From Candidatus Obscuribacteraceae bacterium (GTDB taxonomy: Bacteria > Cyanobacteriota > Vampirovibrionia > Obscuribacterales > Obscuribacteraceae): a DNA stretch of 64,000 nucleotides. Made by a program: the position numbers and the translations under genes. The stretch spans positions 128,001-192,000 of the forward strand of contig JBGAHS010000011.1 of NCBI GenBank assembly GCA_044226015.1. Direction: 5' to 3'. The notes below the pieces were generated by a model. The model searched no databases. It was given only the letters and a program-made list of their open reading frames with translations, and was not told where the DNA came from. Below are positions 49,251 to 59,528 of the stretch, piece by piece (within the stretch, counting starts at the first letter, position 1; every line of letters begins with the position of its first letter).

Positions 49251-50972
49251 ATGACTAAAGAGAGTTTGGAAATTGCCAATGTAAACGCTGCCAGAAAAAA
49301 TGGTGCGTATATGACACTACTCGATTTATCTATAATCGAAATAAAGGGTAAGGATGCAGCTTCGTTTTTGCATGGACGCAGCAGCAGCGATGTTAATTCT
49401 CTTGCGATTGGGCAAGGTCAGCTTTCTTCACTGCTTGACAGAAAAGGATACTTAATTGCATTCATCACTGTGCATCGAACCAGCGAAGATAGTTTCTGGA
49501 TTCTCAGCGACAAAGCGCAAAGTCAGACTCTCCTCACACAGTTTCAGACTTACCACTTTAGAGAGAAAATTGCCTACGAAGATATCTCGGAACGCTTTAG
49601 CCCGATCACCGTCATGGGACCATCAGTAGAAACAGTTCTCTCAAGTCGACTGAATCTGATGCTTCCACAGGAAGAATATGCAGTTTCACAAGGCAGTGTT
49701 TTCAACCTGGAATGTACTGTCATTCGTCGCTCTCTCAGTGGCGATAGCGGATTCATCATATTCCTTCCAAGTTCAGAGCCTGAATGTTTGAGGAAGGTCG
49801 AATCAGAATTAGAATCAGCAGGAATACACAAGACAAACGAAGACACGTTAAATGTCCTCAGAGTTGAGGCTGGAATTCCAAAATTCGGAACAGACATAGA
49901 CAGCGAGCATCTCTTGCCGGAGACAGGGTTCGAACAATATGCAGCAAGCTACAGCAAAGGCTGCTTCCAAGGGCAAGAAGTTCTCGCTCGAATTAAAACA
50001 TACGGAGCACCTAAGCGAGCACTAGTAGGGCTAATAATTGATGATGCCGCTGACTCCGTATTCGCCATAAATACGAATTTTCGGGTAGGCGGTGAAGATG
50101 AAGGAACAATAAAAAGCAATTGCTTCTCTCCTACCCTTAACAAACATATTGCGCTGGCCTTTATCGCACGCGACTATCGCGTCCCAGAGAAACATCTAAT
50201 AATTACAGTTGAAGGGAAGGACTACCCTGCCACAGTGAAGTTCCTTCCATTTTATTCAGCTCAAGCGAGCAAAGAGCGTGCGCATAAGCTGTACAAGATG
50301 GCGCTAAAAGAATTTGCAGAGGGGTCCGAAGAAAAAGCAATACAAATCTTGCGTGAAGTAATTGAACTCGACCCACTGCTAGCAGACGCATACGAATCTC
50401 TGGGAGTTATTCTTTCCAGGCACGAACAGTATGACGAAGCGATTGCACTAATGCATAAGTTGCAATCACTGATACCAGATTCGGTGATGGCACATACAAA
50501 CTTGTCCGTCTATTACATGCACCTCGGTGACAAAGAAAGAGCGGAGGAAGAGAAAGCGATCTCGATGAGCATCCGCATGTCACAGCTAGCGAAAGAACAT
50601 GCTAAAAAGAAGCAAGAGGAAGCCGATAAGAAAGCGAATTTAGAAGAACAAGAGCGAAGGCTGGACATGTTCAAACAAGTACTCGCAATTGATCCCGAGG
50701 ATTTTCTTGCCAACAATGGCATCGGAACAGTTTATGTAGAACTAGGCAAATTCAAAGATGCAGTTCCGTTCCTGACCAAAGCTATTAATGTTAAGCCTAC
50801 TCATACAGTGGCGTATATGGCTCTCGGCAAAGCATTTGTAGCTCTTGGAGATTTAGTGAATGCGCGCACTGTATACGAAACAGGCATTGAAATTGCCGCA
50901 AAACGCGGTGACATAACACCGATGAAAGAGATGCAGTCAGAACTCGCTAATTTGAATCAGCCTGCAAATTAA
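49251..50972 (+). CDS. ygfZ: YgfZ/Iba57 (GcvT-fold) Fe-S maturation factor fused to C-terminal TPRs
   Basis: G.DA.SFL, RVEAGIP.FG.DI, LPETG, SYSKGCFQGQEVLARI signature; C-terminal ~240 aa TPRs. Track start 49179 lies in the hairpin, so a later ATG is preferred. Confidence 0.85.
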   Translation: MTKESLEIANVNAARKNGAYMTLLDLSIIEIKGKDAASFLHGRSSSDVNSLAIGQGQLSSLLDRKGYLIAFITVHRTSEDSFWILSDKAQSQTLLTQFQTYHFREKIAYEDISERFSPITVMGPSVETVLSSRLNLMLPQEEYAVSQGSVFNLECTVIRRSLSGDSGFIIFLPSSEPECLRKVESELESAGIHKTNEDTLNVLRVEAGIPKFGTDIDSEHLLPETGFEQYAASYSKGCFQGQEVLARIKTYGAPKRALVGLIIDDAADSVFAINTNFRVGGEDEGTIKSNCFSPTLNKHIALAFIARDYRVPEKHLIITVEGKDYPATVKFLPFYSAQASKERAHKLYKMALKEFAEGSEEKAIQILREVIELDPLLADAYESLGVILSRHEQYDEAIALMHKLQSLIPDSVMAHTNLSVYYMHLGDKERAEEEKAISMSIRMSQLAKEHAKKKQEEADKKANLEEQERRLDMFKQVLAIDPEDFLANNGIGTVYVELGKFKDAVPFLTKAINVKPTHTVAYMALGKAFVALGDLVNARTVYETGIEIAAKRGDITPMKEMQSELANLNQPAN

Positions 50973-51091
50973 GGTGTTCTTCTAGCTAGTCAGTCGATAA
51001 GTGGCATAAAAGACGGGTATATTTTCGTAGTAGTGAATCTTATCTGACGGTTTCACCTGTCTTAACCTGAGAGGAGCCTGCGTCAATATCG

Positions 51092-53776
51092 ATGGCAAGC
51101 GATGGTGCCCCGGACATCGAAAATTTGGAAATTCTGGAGTTACTCGGGCAGGGTGGAATGTCCCGTGTTTTTAAAGCACGACAAATTGATTTAGACCGCA
51201 TCGTGGCTGTAAAAGTTTTGAACAAAGTTGCAGATGCCCAGGCAATGCAACGATTCAAAAACGAAGCTAAAAACACGAGTTTACTGGAACATCCAAATAT
51301 AGTCAGAACCCTCTCCTTCGGTCTATCGAAGGATCAACAACCCTTCCTTCTTATGGAGTACCTGGAAGGAAAGTCGCTGGCTGAGCTAATCGAGCAACAA
51401 GGAAGCCTAGATTATCGGCGCTTTCGCAACATCTTCTTGCCAGTACTCTCCGCGCTTCAAACAGCGCACGAAAAAGAAATTGTTCACCGTGACATCAAGC
51501 CTGGCAACATAATGATCTGCAAAGATGCAAGTGGAAATGAGCAAGCAAAACTTGTGGATTTCGGAATATCCAAAACCTTTATGACTGACTCCCAACAAAA
51601 CCTGACAAAATCTGGTGCTATTCTTGGATCACCTACCTACATGAGCCCGGAACAGTGCCAGGGTCAACAGCTGGACAAGCGCTCAGATCTCTATTCACTT
51701 TCCTGTGTCATGTACGAATCGCTTGTGGGCGAGCCTCCATTTTCTGGAGAGTCTATGCTCGAAATTATGCAGAAACACGTCGGAGGAGCGCTTCCTGAAC
51801 CTAAAGATGTACGCTCCAAAATCGACATCAATAAAGATCTACTAAAAACAATTCTCTGGGGACTGGAAAAAATTCCAGATTCACGCCCTCAATCAGCCTC
51901 CAACTTTGCTGAGAAACTAGCCAATGCGCTAGAACGGGTCACGCTAGACAAGCTTCCAATTTTGAAGCAACCGCATAAAAAACCAGCAGTTATGCTGGCA
52001 GTCATCAGCATCGCTGTTGCGGCTGGCTCTTCGATGCTGATAGCAAATAATAACAAGATGAAGACTATTTCGGAGCACGGACAAACTGTCACTGTTCAAC
52101 TCGACAAAAGGAAAGAAAAAGACCTGCAGGCCAAGTTGGCGAAAGCGATAGAAACGAGAAAACCACTACCAGTTATTAACGCCCTGCGTGAGCTTGCCGA
52201 TTACTATGAAAAAACTGGATACTACATACTCGAAGCTCGAATACTCGAACAAGTTTCAGCCCACACTAAAGTGAATAATTGTGCAAACAACAATGACCTC
52301 ATCAATCTAGCTAATGCCTATTGCAAATCTGAGTCATTCGAGAATGTAATATTTTTGCTGAAATCCAGAATGCCTGGTTTCACTAACGAAACGGAATACC
52401 TCAGGGCGGGCAATCTGTTAGCCGCTGCTAGTGTTGCCCTCAAATCTGCTGACTCCAGGCAAATCCTTCTAGATCTTCAGTCGAAAGAAAAGGGGTTGCC
52501 AGCACTTAACAGAGAAAAAATTGAAACCGATGCCCTTTATGCCAGGTATCTAATTAATGCAGGAAAATTAGACGAGGCAGAGGCATGTCTTAAGAAATTA
52601 GCAGAAAAAAGAAAATCGTTGCAGGAGAGCAATGATACCACCGAGACAAAGGTAAATCTTAGTGACACCTTGCTTGAGCTGGCAGAACTTGAAATAAAAC
52701 GGCAAAAGCCTGAAGAAGCGAGTATTTTTCTCAAATCAAGCATTGCGCTAAACGGAAACAACACTGAGCACAAGAGGCTGCTTCAAAATTCCATCGAATC
52801 GCTGAACATTCTTCAATCCCTTTATTTGAAAGACGGAGAGCTGAAGCTTGCAAAAAACTGCGAAGAAGAGACGACAAAACTACTAGAGGAATCGGTCAAA
52901 GTAAACGGCAAAAAGACACGACTGTCTGAGTACTTGCGTTCATGCAACAAAGACATGCAGTTTAGAGGAGGTATCGGAGACATCGATACCTGGAGACTAA
53001 GAGTCAGGCAAATCGACTATCTAAGCTCTGACCTGGGAAAGAGATACGACGTACTTCAGTACTTGACGGCAATGACAAAATATCAACTGATGCTTATTCG
53101 GGGTCCGCTCAAGGAGAGGCTTGCTACCTTGCACGAGTGCTTAATTCATAGCTATGACCAAACAGGTAAACCGACATTTGAGACAGGATTCGTGTTTTAC
53201 AACTTAGGAATTTTCGAAGAGACCGACATGAAAAAGTCTATCGACTATTTGAAAAAAGCCGATCTTATTTTTCGCAATCCTCAAACAGTGAAGTTACCCA
53301 TAGATTACGATTTTGCCCAGGCAAGAAATACAATCAATGTAAAGCATGTTCAGATTGCTATTGGTGATAGTTATCAGAAGGCTAAAGACTTCGAACAGGC
53401 AGAAAAGTACTACATCCTTGCCATAGAGCTAGCGGGAAAAGAAGATCCGATACAGCTCACCGACGCAGCAACGAGATGCGCAAAATTGCTGGCAATCGAA
53501 GGAAGGAAAGATGCCGCAGCAGAAATAATCAAAAGTGTTTCCGAAAAAGTTGCAAACAATCCCAGTCCACGTGCTACAGAATTACTAAGTCACCACATTC
53601 TTGAAAAACTACAGTTGCTCGAAAGTGTTGGGCTAAATTCCGAGGCAAAAGAATTAGCATATGCTCTCAGAAATGCAGCAGAAGCACACAACCTCACCGA
53701 AGTTAAATCAAGGATGGATATGTACTTAGAGATCATCTCCAAGACTGATGAGAAACGGTCAAAACAGCCTCTTTGA
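51092..53776 (+). CDS. Hanks-type Ser/Thr kinase with TM segment and C-terminal TPR-like region
   Basis: LGQGGM, VAVK, HRDIKPGN, DFG, GSPTYMSPEQ, SDLYS; hydrophobic AVMLAVISIAVAAG. Confidence 0.93.
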   Translation: MASDGAPDIENLEILELLGQGGMSRVFKARQIDLDRIVAVKVLNKVADAQAMQRFKNEAKNTSLLEHPNIVRTLSFGLSKDQQPFLLMEYLEGKSLAELIEQQGSLDYRRFRNIFLPVLSALQTAHEKEIVHRDIKPGNIMICKDASGNEQAKLVDFGISKTFMTDSQQNLTKSGAILGSPTYMSPEQCQGQQLDKRSDLYSLSCVMYESLVGEPPFSGESMLEIMQKHVGGALPEPKDVRSKIDINKDLLKTILWGLEKIPDSRPQSASNFAEKLANALERVTLDKLPILKQPHKKPAVMLAVISIAVAAGSSMLIANNNKMKTISEHGQTVTVQLDKRKEKDLQAKLAKAIETRKPLPVINALRELADYYEKTGYYILEARILEQVSAHTKVNNCANNNDLINLANAYCKSESFENVIFLLKSRMPGFTNETEYLRAGNLLAAASVALKSADSRQILLDLQSKEKGLPALNREKIETDALYARYLINAGKLDEAEACLKKLAEKRKSLQESNDTTETKVNLSDTLLELAELEIKRQKPEEASIFLKSSIALNGNNTEHKRLLQNSIESLNILQSLYLKDGELKLAKNCEEETTKLLEESVKVNGKKTRLSEYLRSCNKDMQFRGGIGDIDTWRLRVRQIDYLSSDLGKRYDVLQYLTAMTKYQLMLIRGPLKERLATLHECLIHSYDQTGKPTFETGFVFYNLGIFEETDMKKSIDYLKKADLIFRNPQTVKLPIDYDFAQARNTINVKHVQIAIGDSYQKAKDFEQAEKYYILAIELAGKEDPIQLTDAATRCAKLLAIEGRKDAAAEIIKSVSEKVANNPSPRATELLSHHILEKLQLLESVGLNSEAKELAYALRNAAEAHNLTEVKSRMDMYLEIISKTDEKRSKQPL

Positions 53777-53790
53777 AAAGTCAGGCGATC

Positions 53791-54567
53791 TTATTGTGCA
53801 GCGTTCGAGGATTCAAGTTCACGCAAGCGAAGGCGCACACGTAAGTTGAATTCATTCAATTTGTACCTTGAGCATACAGATTCAAAGGACTTTGCCACAG
53901 CAATGGCTTCATTACTGCAATTACAGCGAGCTAGTGAATGCGTAATCGCAATCAAAGTTCCACCAGTTCGAACTGCATTTTCTTCTGTTAAGAGACTAAT
54001 TTCCTTCAGAAATTCCTGCAAGAGCCTGTCAACATCCACTTCTCTGTTCTCGCTTTTCAAAAAGATAATTAGCTTGGCATATGCGTTGATTTTCAAACTC
54101 AGGTCGGAACCACCTAATTCAAGTGCCCTTCTATAGGACTTCTCTGCCAACTCTTTTTTTCCAGCAGCCATATAAGCCGAACCCAGATTGCTGGCAGTCT
54201 GTAGCGCTGACAATACCGGCAAAAAAATATTTCGAAATCGCCGATAATCGAGGCTGCCTTGCTGTTTGATTATCTGTGCGAGCGATTTTCCTTCCAGGTA
54301 TTCAAGTAAAAGATAGGGTTGCTGATTTTTTGCGACTCCAAACGATATTGTCTTTACGATATTTGGATGATCCAAAAGACTCGTACTAACAGCTTCGTTC
54401 TTAAATCTCTGGATGGCATCTGTGTTAGCTATATTGGTTAAAACTTTCACTGCCACAATACGATCCAGGTCTGTCTGCCGCGCTCTATAAACTCGCGACA
54501 TTCCACCCTGGCCTATCAACTCCAGAATCTCTACATTTTCGATTTCGGGAGACCCATCAACCGGCAC
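53791..54567 (-). pseudogene. Internally deleted paralog of the adjacent kinase (N-lobe fused in frame to C-terminal TPR region)
   Basis: GTG 54567: MPVDGSPEIENVEILELIGQGGM...IFLPVLSALQTA matches the neighbour, then jumps to SNLGSAY...; HRD, DFG, SPE and TM segment absent. Confidence 0.75.
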
Positions 54568-54719
54568 ACAACCCCCACCGACATTTCCAACCGAGAACAA
54601 AAGTTCAAACGGATTCTTAGTGTCAATAAAGAAAATATACCCCTACCAGTTGATTCAAAGCATAAAGTCGGAAATGTTCTCAGTCCCTTTTTTTGCGACT
54701 GTACGCAAAGCAGCTGCTA

Positions 54720-56120
54720 TTACTCACTTTCCTTTGGCTTGGTCACAACTAGATGATTCTCTTTAAGATCATCAGAAACATCGAGAGCAACAGTCTCCTT
54801 TCCGCTTAATCCGCTTGAGATTTCAACGTCATGCCCATAATCTCTTCCTAAAAGGACTTTGTTGTAGTGCAAATGATTGGCAGCGTCGACTATTGCCACG
54901 TACGTGCCGTCATTTCTGACCACGATGGCGTTACTCGGAACTATAATTGGCACTTCACTACGCCCAGTCATCAGCTCAACCTGCGCATACATGCCGGGAA
55001 GAAGTTTTCCATCCTTGTTTGGAATGTGCACCTCTGTCAGCAAGGTGCGAGACTGGGCATCTAATCCACCAGCTACTCTTTTCACGGTAGCCTTCACCAC
55101 CTGTGATGGCATTTCTGCAACAATAATATTAGCGCTGTCGCCTGCGTGAATTGATTGAAAATAGCTTTGTGGAACATTGACGAACACGCGCAATACATCA
55201 GTTCTTGCCATTTTTAGTAGCTCAGTATTCTGTCCAGTACTTCCAGCTGTAACAAGAGCACCAGCATCAACGTTTCTAGCTGTTATCACTCCGGCGGAAG
55301 GGGCGAGCACTCGCTGAAATGCAGCCAACTGCTGGTATTGCTCTACTGCAGCTTTCTTAGAATCAACTGCAGACCTTGCCACGGCAACTCTCTCATTGGC
55401 AGCAGCAACCTGAGACTCGGCAGTTCTTATGGATGCCTCTGCCGCCTCCAAACTGGCTTTATCGGCATCAACATTGTGTTGAGCCAGATCACGCTGTTCA
55501 AGACTCACTGCACCTTGCTGAGCCAACATCGCATATCTCTGAACCTGAGCCGTCGAATAGGTCAGGTCTGCGTCTATTTTTTTCGTACTGGCTCGTATAT
55601 TATCTACAGCCGCTTTAGACTGCTTATAATCAGCCTGTGCAGCTTTTAGCGCCGACTCCGATTGAGCGAGGTCAGCTCTAGATTGCTGTAGTTGTTTATC
55701 AATCTCTGGTGTTGCTATAACCATCAATAGTTGATTAACGGCAACTCGATCGCCGATATCAACCAAACGTTCTTTCAAATAACCACTGGTTCTTGCATAG
55801 ATTGGAATTTCTTGAATAGCTTCAATGTTGGCCGGTAGTATAAGTTTTTGCCTGGCATCGGCTTTCTTAGCGGGCACCACAGTCACGATCGGATGACTCT
55901 CTTGCTTACTAACAGCTTCTTGAGTTTTATTCAAATCTTGTTCGCGAGCAAGCCTGGGCAAAACACCTGCAATAACAATCAATGAAAGACCCAAAACAAC
56001 ACACGCAATAAAGACAGCTAGAGCAAAGGGAAACTCCCTCTTGGGCTCTTGCAATTGCCCCATCTCTGAAATAACGTAGCGTTCTGTCTTTTTCACCTTT
56101 CTTACTCTTTCATTGTTCAA
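54720..56120 (-). CDS. RND efflux periplasmic adaptor (membrane fusion protein)
   Basis: N-terminal TM; IYARTSGYL...VDIGDRV, APSAGVITARNVDAG, LLPGMYAQV. Confidence 0.92.
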   Translation of the reverse strand: MNNERVRKVKKTERYVISEMGQLQEPKREFPFALAVFIACVVLGLSLIVIAGVLPRLAREQDLNKTQEAVSKQESHPIVTVVPAKKADARQKLILPANIEAIQEIPIYARTSGYLKERLVDIGDRVAVNQLLMVIATPEIDKQLQQSRADLAQSESALKAAQADYKQSKAAVDNIRASTKKIDADLTYSTAQVQRYAMLAQQGAVSLEQRDLAQHNVDADKASLEAAEASIRTAESQVAAANERVAVARSAVDSKKAAVEQYQQLAAFQRVLAPSAGVITARNVDAGALVTAGSTGQNTELLKMARTDVLRVFVNVPQSYFQSIHAGDSANIIVAEMPSQVVKATVKRVAGGLDAQSRTLLTEVHIPNKDGKLLPGMYAQVELMTGRSEVPIIVPSNAIVVRNDGTYVAIVDAANHLHYNKVLLGRDYGHDVEISSGLSGKETVALDVSDDLKENHLVVTKPKESE

Positions 56121-56137
56121 CTAGACGGACTTTCTTG

Positions 56138-59100
56138 CTATTTTTTGGACATCTCAACGACAGATGGCTCATCGAGCTGACTTACTGGTTTCCACTTAAC
56201 TTTGTTTCGAATCAAAACAAACACACAAGGCACAAAAAGAAGTGTAGCGGTAGTTGCAACCAACAACCCACCTATCAAAGCCCTACCTAACGGGGCATTC
56301 TGACTGCCACCTTCTCCTAGCCCTAACGCCATTGGAAACATTCCAATAATCATTGCAGCAGCCGTCATAATGACTGGACGAAATCGAGTGTAGCCGGCCC
56401 TGAGAGCTGCCTCAAAAGGCTCAAGCCCCTCAGCGAGCTGTTCGTTAGCAAATGTAATCAGCAAGATGCTATTGGCGGAGGCGACCCCAATACTCATTAT
56501 TGCACCCATCAGAGCAGGAACACTAAATGTTGTTTGAGTAGCGAAAAGGGCAAGAACAATGCCAGCGAATGCGCCTGGAATTGCCATCAAAATGATAAGT
56601 GGATCGATCCAACTTTGAAAGTTCACAACCAGCAGCAAATAAACCAAAACCAACGCAAAACAGGTTCCCGTAAATAAACCTGTAAAAGCGTTATTCATTG
56701 ACTCAGATTGACCTCGAACGAAAATTTGCGTTCCTCTGGGCAACTTCGTAGCAGCCACAATTTTTCCGATGTCTTTGGCAACACTACCGAGGTCTCTGTT
56801 TTGAACATTGACAAAGATGTCGAAGACAGGAGCAATCTTGAAGTGACTAACAATTGCCGCACTGCTATTGCGCTTAAGTCCAGCCATATTAACCAGCATT
56901 TGAGGCTTTGCTTTGTGGTCTTGGGTGGTCAAAACTGTCGACATAATGTCATCGACCGAATTGATTCTGTACGTGGGCATTTGTACTGCCAACGCATAAC
57001 TCACACCATTCTTGGGATTGACCCAGAAATTCGGAGCAACCTGCTGGCTTGATGCCAGCATAATTAGCAACGAGTTCGCGATATCTCTTTGAGTGAATCC
57101 CAACTGGCTCGCCTTGCTTCGGTCCACATTTATCTGGAGCTGGGGTGCATCAACAACCTGATGCAAGGTGACATCTACAGCACCTTTTACCTCAGTAATC
57201 TTGCGCTTCAAATCCTCTGCAATGCTGTAATTCTTCTTTTTGTCTCGCCCTGTAACTTGAATATCAATGGGAGCCGGTAAGCCAGCATTCAAAATCTGAC
57301 TCACAATATCCGCAGGTTGGAAGAAGAATCGCACATCAGGGAAGTCTTTGCTAAGCATTTCGCGAATCTGGCGACGATATTCAAATGAAGATTTTTTTCT
57401 CGATTCTTTAAAGGAAATGAGAATCTCACCGTCGAAATTGCTCATCGTGATGTTATCGCCATAAGCCAGATTGATACCGCTAGTAGGAATACCGATGTTA
57501 TCAACAACAGACTCAATTTCGCCAGCTGGAATTAACCGACGAATAGCGCCTTCAACTCTTCCAAATAAACGCTCAGTCTCCTCAATTCGAGTACCTGTTC
57601 TTGCCTCCAAATGAAGACGAAGCTGCCCCCCATCTACCTCTGGAAAGAAGTCTTGACCCACAAAAGGTGCAAGACAAAAGGCAGCAGCATAAAAAATAAG
57701 AAAGACAAAAATGCAAAGAACTTTTCTCTGCAGCAAATACCCTAGCATTTCACCATACTGATCACGTAAAAATTCGAAACCTCGATTCACATAATGGTAT
57801 AAGAATGAGAATGGTCCTGTAGGCACCTTCATCGCCGTAGCTGAAACGGCACCACTGTGCTCTTTATGCATGTCCATCTCAGCACCCATGAGATAACGAG
57901 CCATCACGGGCACAAGCGTTCGAGATAACAAATAAGACATCATCATCGCGAAAATAACAGAAAGCCCAAGCGGCACAAAGAGAGACTTAGCAGGTTCCGA
58001 CAACATAAACACCGGAACAAACACTATACAGATTGATGTTGTTGAAACGAATGCTGGTACAGCTATCTGCTCAGCTCCATCTAGAATCGCCTGGACGATT
58101 GGTTTACCCATAGCAAAATTACGATGAATATTCTCAACTTCTACTGTTGCATCATCCACCAACATACCGACTGCAAGAGCCAGACCACCAAGCGTCATAG
58201 TGTTAAGAGTCTGATTGCAAGCCCAGAGACCAACAACAGCTGCCAGAATTGACAGTGGAATTGAGGTCGCAACAATAAGTGTGCTTCGCCAACTTCCTAG
58301 AAGCAAAAGTATAAGCAATGCAGTTAGCGCTGCAGCGGTCACAGCCTCTTTGATGACACCATCAATTGCATTTTTTACAAATTTGGACTGATCAGACAGC
58401 ATATGAACTTTGAGCTCTGGAGGCAGTGTTGCCATCACCTTTGGTAACGCCTGCTTGATTCTATCCACCACAGCAATCGTGGATGCTCCACCTTGTCTAA
58501 GAACGTTCAACAAAATCGAGCGGCGTCCATCCTGGTGCACTATATTTGTTTGAACTGCATAACCATCATGAACGTTGGCTACGTCACGCACATAAACAGT
58601 AGCGCCATTAACCTGTTTCACAGGAAGATTGTTGAACGCTTCAATGACGGAAGGACTGCTATTCAGCTGCACAGCGTACTCAGTGTCTCCAATCTTGGCT
58701 GTTCCAGTGGGGATAATCAGATTCTGTGAGTTGATCGCCTGGCTAATATCGTAGGGAGAAAGATTGTTTGCTTGAAGTGCGGTTGGAATCAGATCCACCA
58801 TCACTTGTCGCGCCTTACCTCCGTAGGGCAAGGGTATGGAGCACCCTTCGACACCAGAAAGTTGGGTTCGAATAAAATTCATGCCAAAGTCATACATTTC
58901 AGACTCAGAGAAGACTTTACTTCCGAGACCAAGCTGGACAATCGGAACGTCAGAAGCATTGAAGGATGTAATCAAAGGCGGTGTCACACCAGCCGGAAAA
59001 GCTTTCAATAGAGTCTGACATATACCGGTGATACTTGCGACACATCGCCCCATATCAGCGCCCTGGTGCAAGTAAATTTTAATTACCGAGAGACCATTTA

Positions 59101-59356
59101 GAGAACTTGACTCCATGTGGTCAATATCACTGGTAACTGTTGTTATCGCTCGCTCACAAATAGTGGTCATTCGGCTTTCCATTTCTTCGGCAGGAAGCCC
59201 CGAATATCCCCAGATAACGCTAACAACAGGAATATTTATAAATGGAAAAATGTCGGTTGCCATTCTCGACGCACCAACGAAACCGAGTATCGCAATGAGA
59301 ATAGACATCACGACAAACGTGTATGGTCGCCTGAGCGCTAATTTTACAATCCACAT
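56138..59356 (-). CDS. RND efflux permease (AcrB/CzcA superfamily); start likely ATG 59356
   Basis: MWIVKLALRRPYTFVV, TLGGLALAVGMLVDDATVEVENI, TRFRPVIMTA, PLGRALIGGL. Confidence 0.93.
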   Translation of the reverse strand: MWIVKLALRRPYTFVVMSILIAILGFVGASRMATDIFPFINIPVVSVIWGYSGLPAEEMESRMTTICERAITTVTSDIDHMESSSLNGLSVIKIYLHQGADMGRCVASITGICQTLLKAFPAGVTPPLITSFNASDVPIVQLGLGSKVFSESEMYDFGMNFIRTQLSGVEGCSIPLPYGGKARQVMVDLIPTALQANNLSPYDISQAINSQNLIIPTGTAKIGDTEYAVQLNSSPSVIEAFNNLPVKQVNGATVYVRDVANVHDGYAVQTNIVHQDGRRSILLNVLRQGGASTIAVVDRIKQALPKVMATLPPELKVHMLSDQSKFVKNAIDGVIKEAVTAAALTALLILLLLGSWRSTLIVATSIPLSILAAVVGLWACNQTLNTMTLGGLALAVGMLVDDATVEVENIHRNFAMGKPIVQAILDGAEQIAVPAFVSTTSICIVFVPVFMLSEPAKSLFVPLGLSVIFAMMMSYLLSRTLVPVMARYLMGAEMDMHKEHSGAVSATAMKVPTGPFSFLYHYVNRGFEFLRDQYGEMLGYLLQRKVLCIFVFLIFYAAAFCLAPFVGQDFFPEVDGGQLRLHLEARTGTRIEETERLFGRVEGAIRRLIPAGEIESVVDNIGIPTSGINLAYGDNITMSNFDGEILISFKESRKKSSFEYRRQIREMLSKDFPDVRFFFQPADIVSQILNAGLPAPIDIQVTGRDKKKNYSIAEDLKRKITEVKGAVDVTLHQVVDAPQLQINVDRSKASQLGFTQRDIANSLLIMLASSQQVAPNFWVNPKNGVSYALAVQMPTYRINSVDDIMSTVLTTQDHKAKPQMLVNMAGLKRNSSAAIVSHFKIAPVFDIFVNVQNRDLGSVAKDIGKIVAATKLPRGTQIFVRGQSESMNNAFTGLFTGTCFALVLVYLLLVVNFQSWIDPLIILMAIPGAFAGIVLALFATQTTFSVPALMGAIMSIGVASANSILLITFANEQLAEGLEPFEAALRAGYTRFRPVIMTAAAMIIGMFPMALGLGEGGSQNAPLGRALIGGLLVATTATLLFVPCVFVLIRNKVKWKPVSQLDEPSVVEMSKK

Positions 59357-59405
59357 AAGCCTAAATACTTCAGGGCCAGGGACGGCTAAACTATCCGACG
59401 CACCC

Positions 59406-59442
59406 ATTATAGTTTATAAGAATGTTTCTTACAAACTATAAT
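59406..59442. promoter_or_regulatory. Long palindromic operator overlapping -10 boxes between RND operon and MarR gene
   Basis: ATTATAGTTTATAAGAA-TGT-TTCTTACAAACTATAAT, 16/17 arm match, TATAAT on both strands. Confidence 0.75.
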
Positions 59443-59528
59443 TTGAAAAACCTTGCCCATTCAGACTTTTATTGGCACAGTTTTCGTTGTATGCTAAGAT
59501 AGCAAGTGTTATTTTCGGGGTAGCTGAT

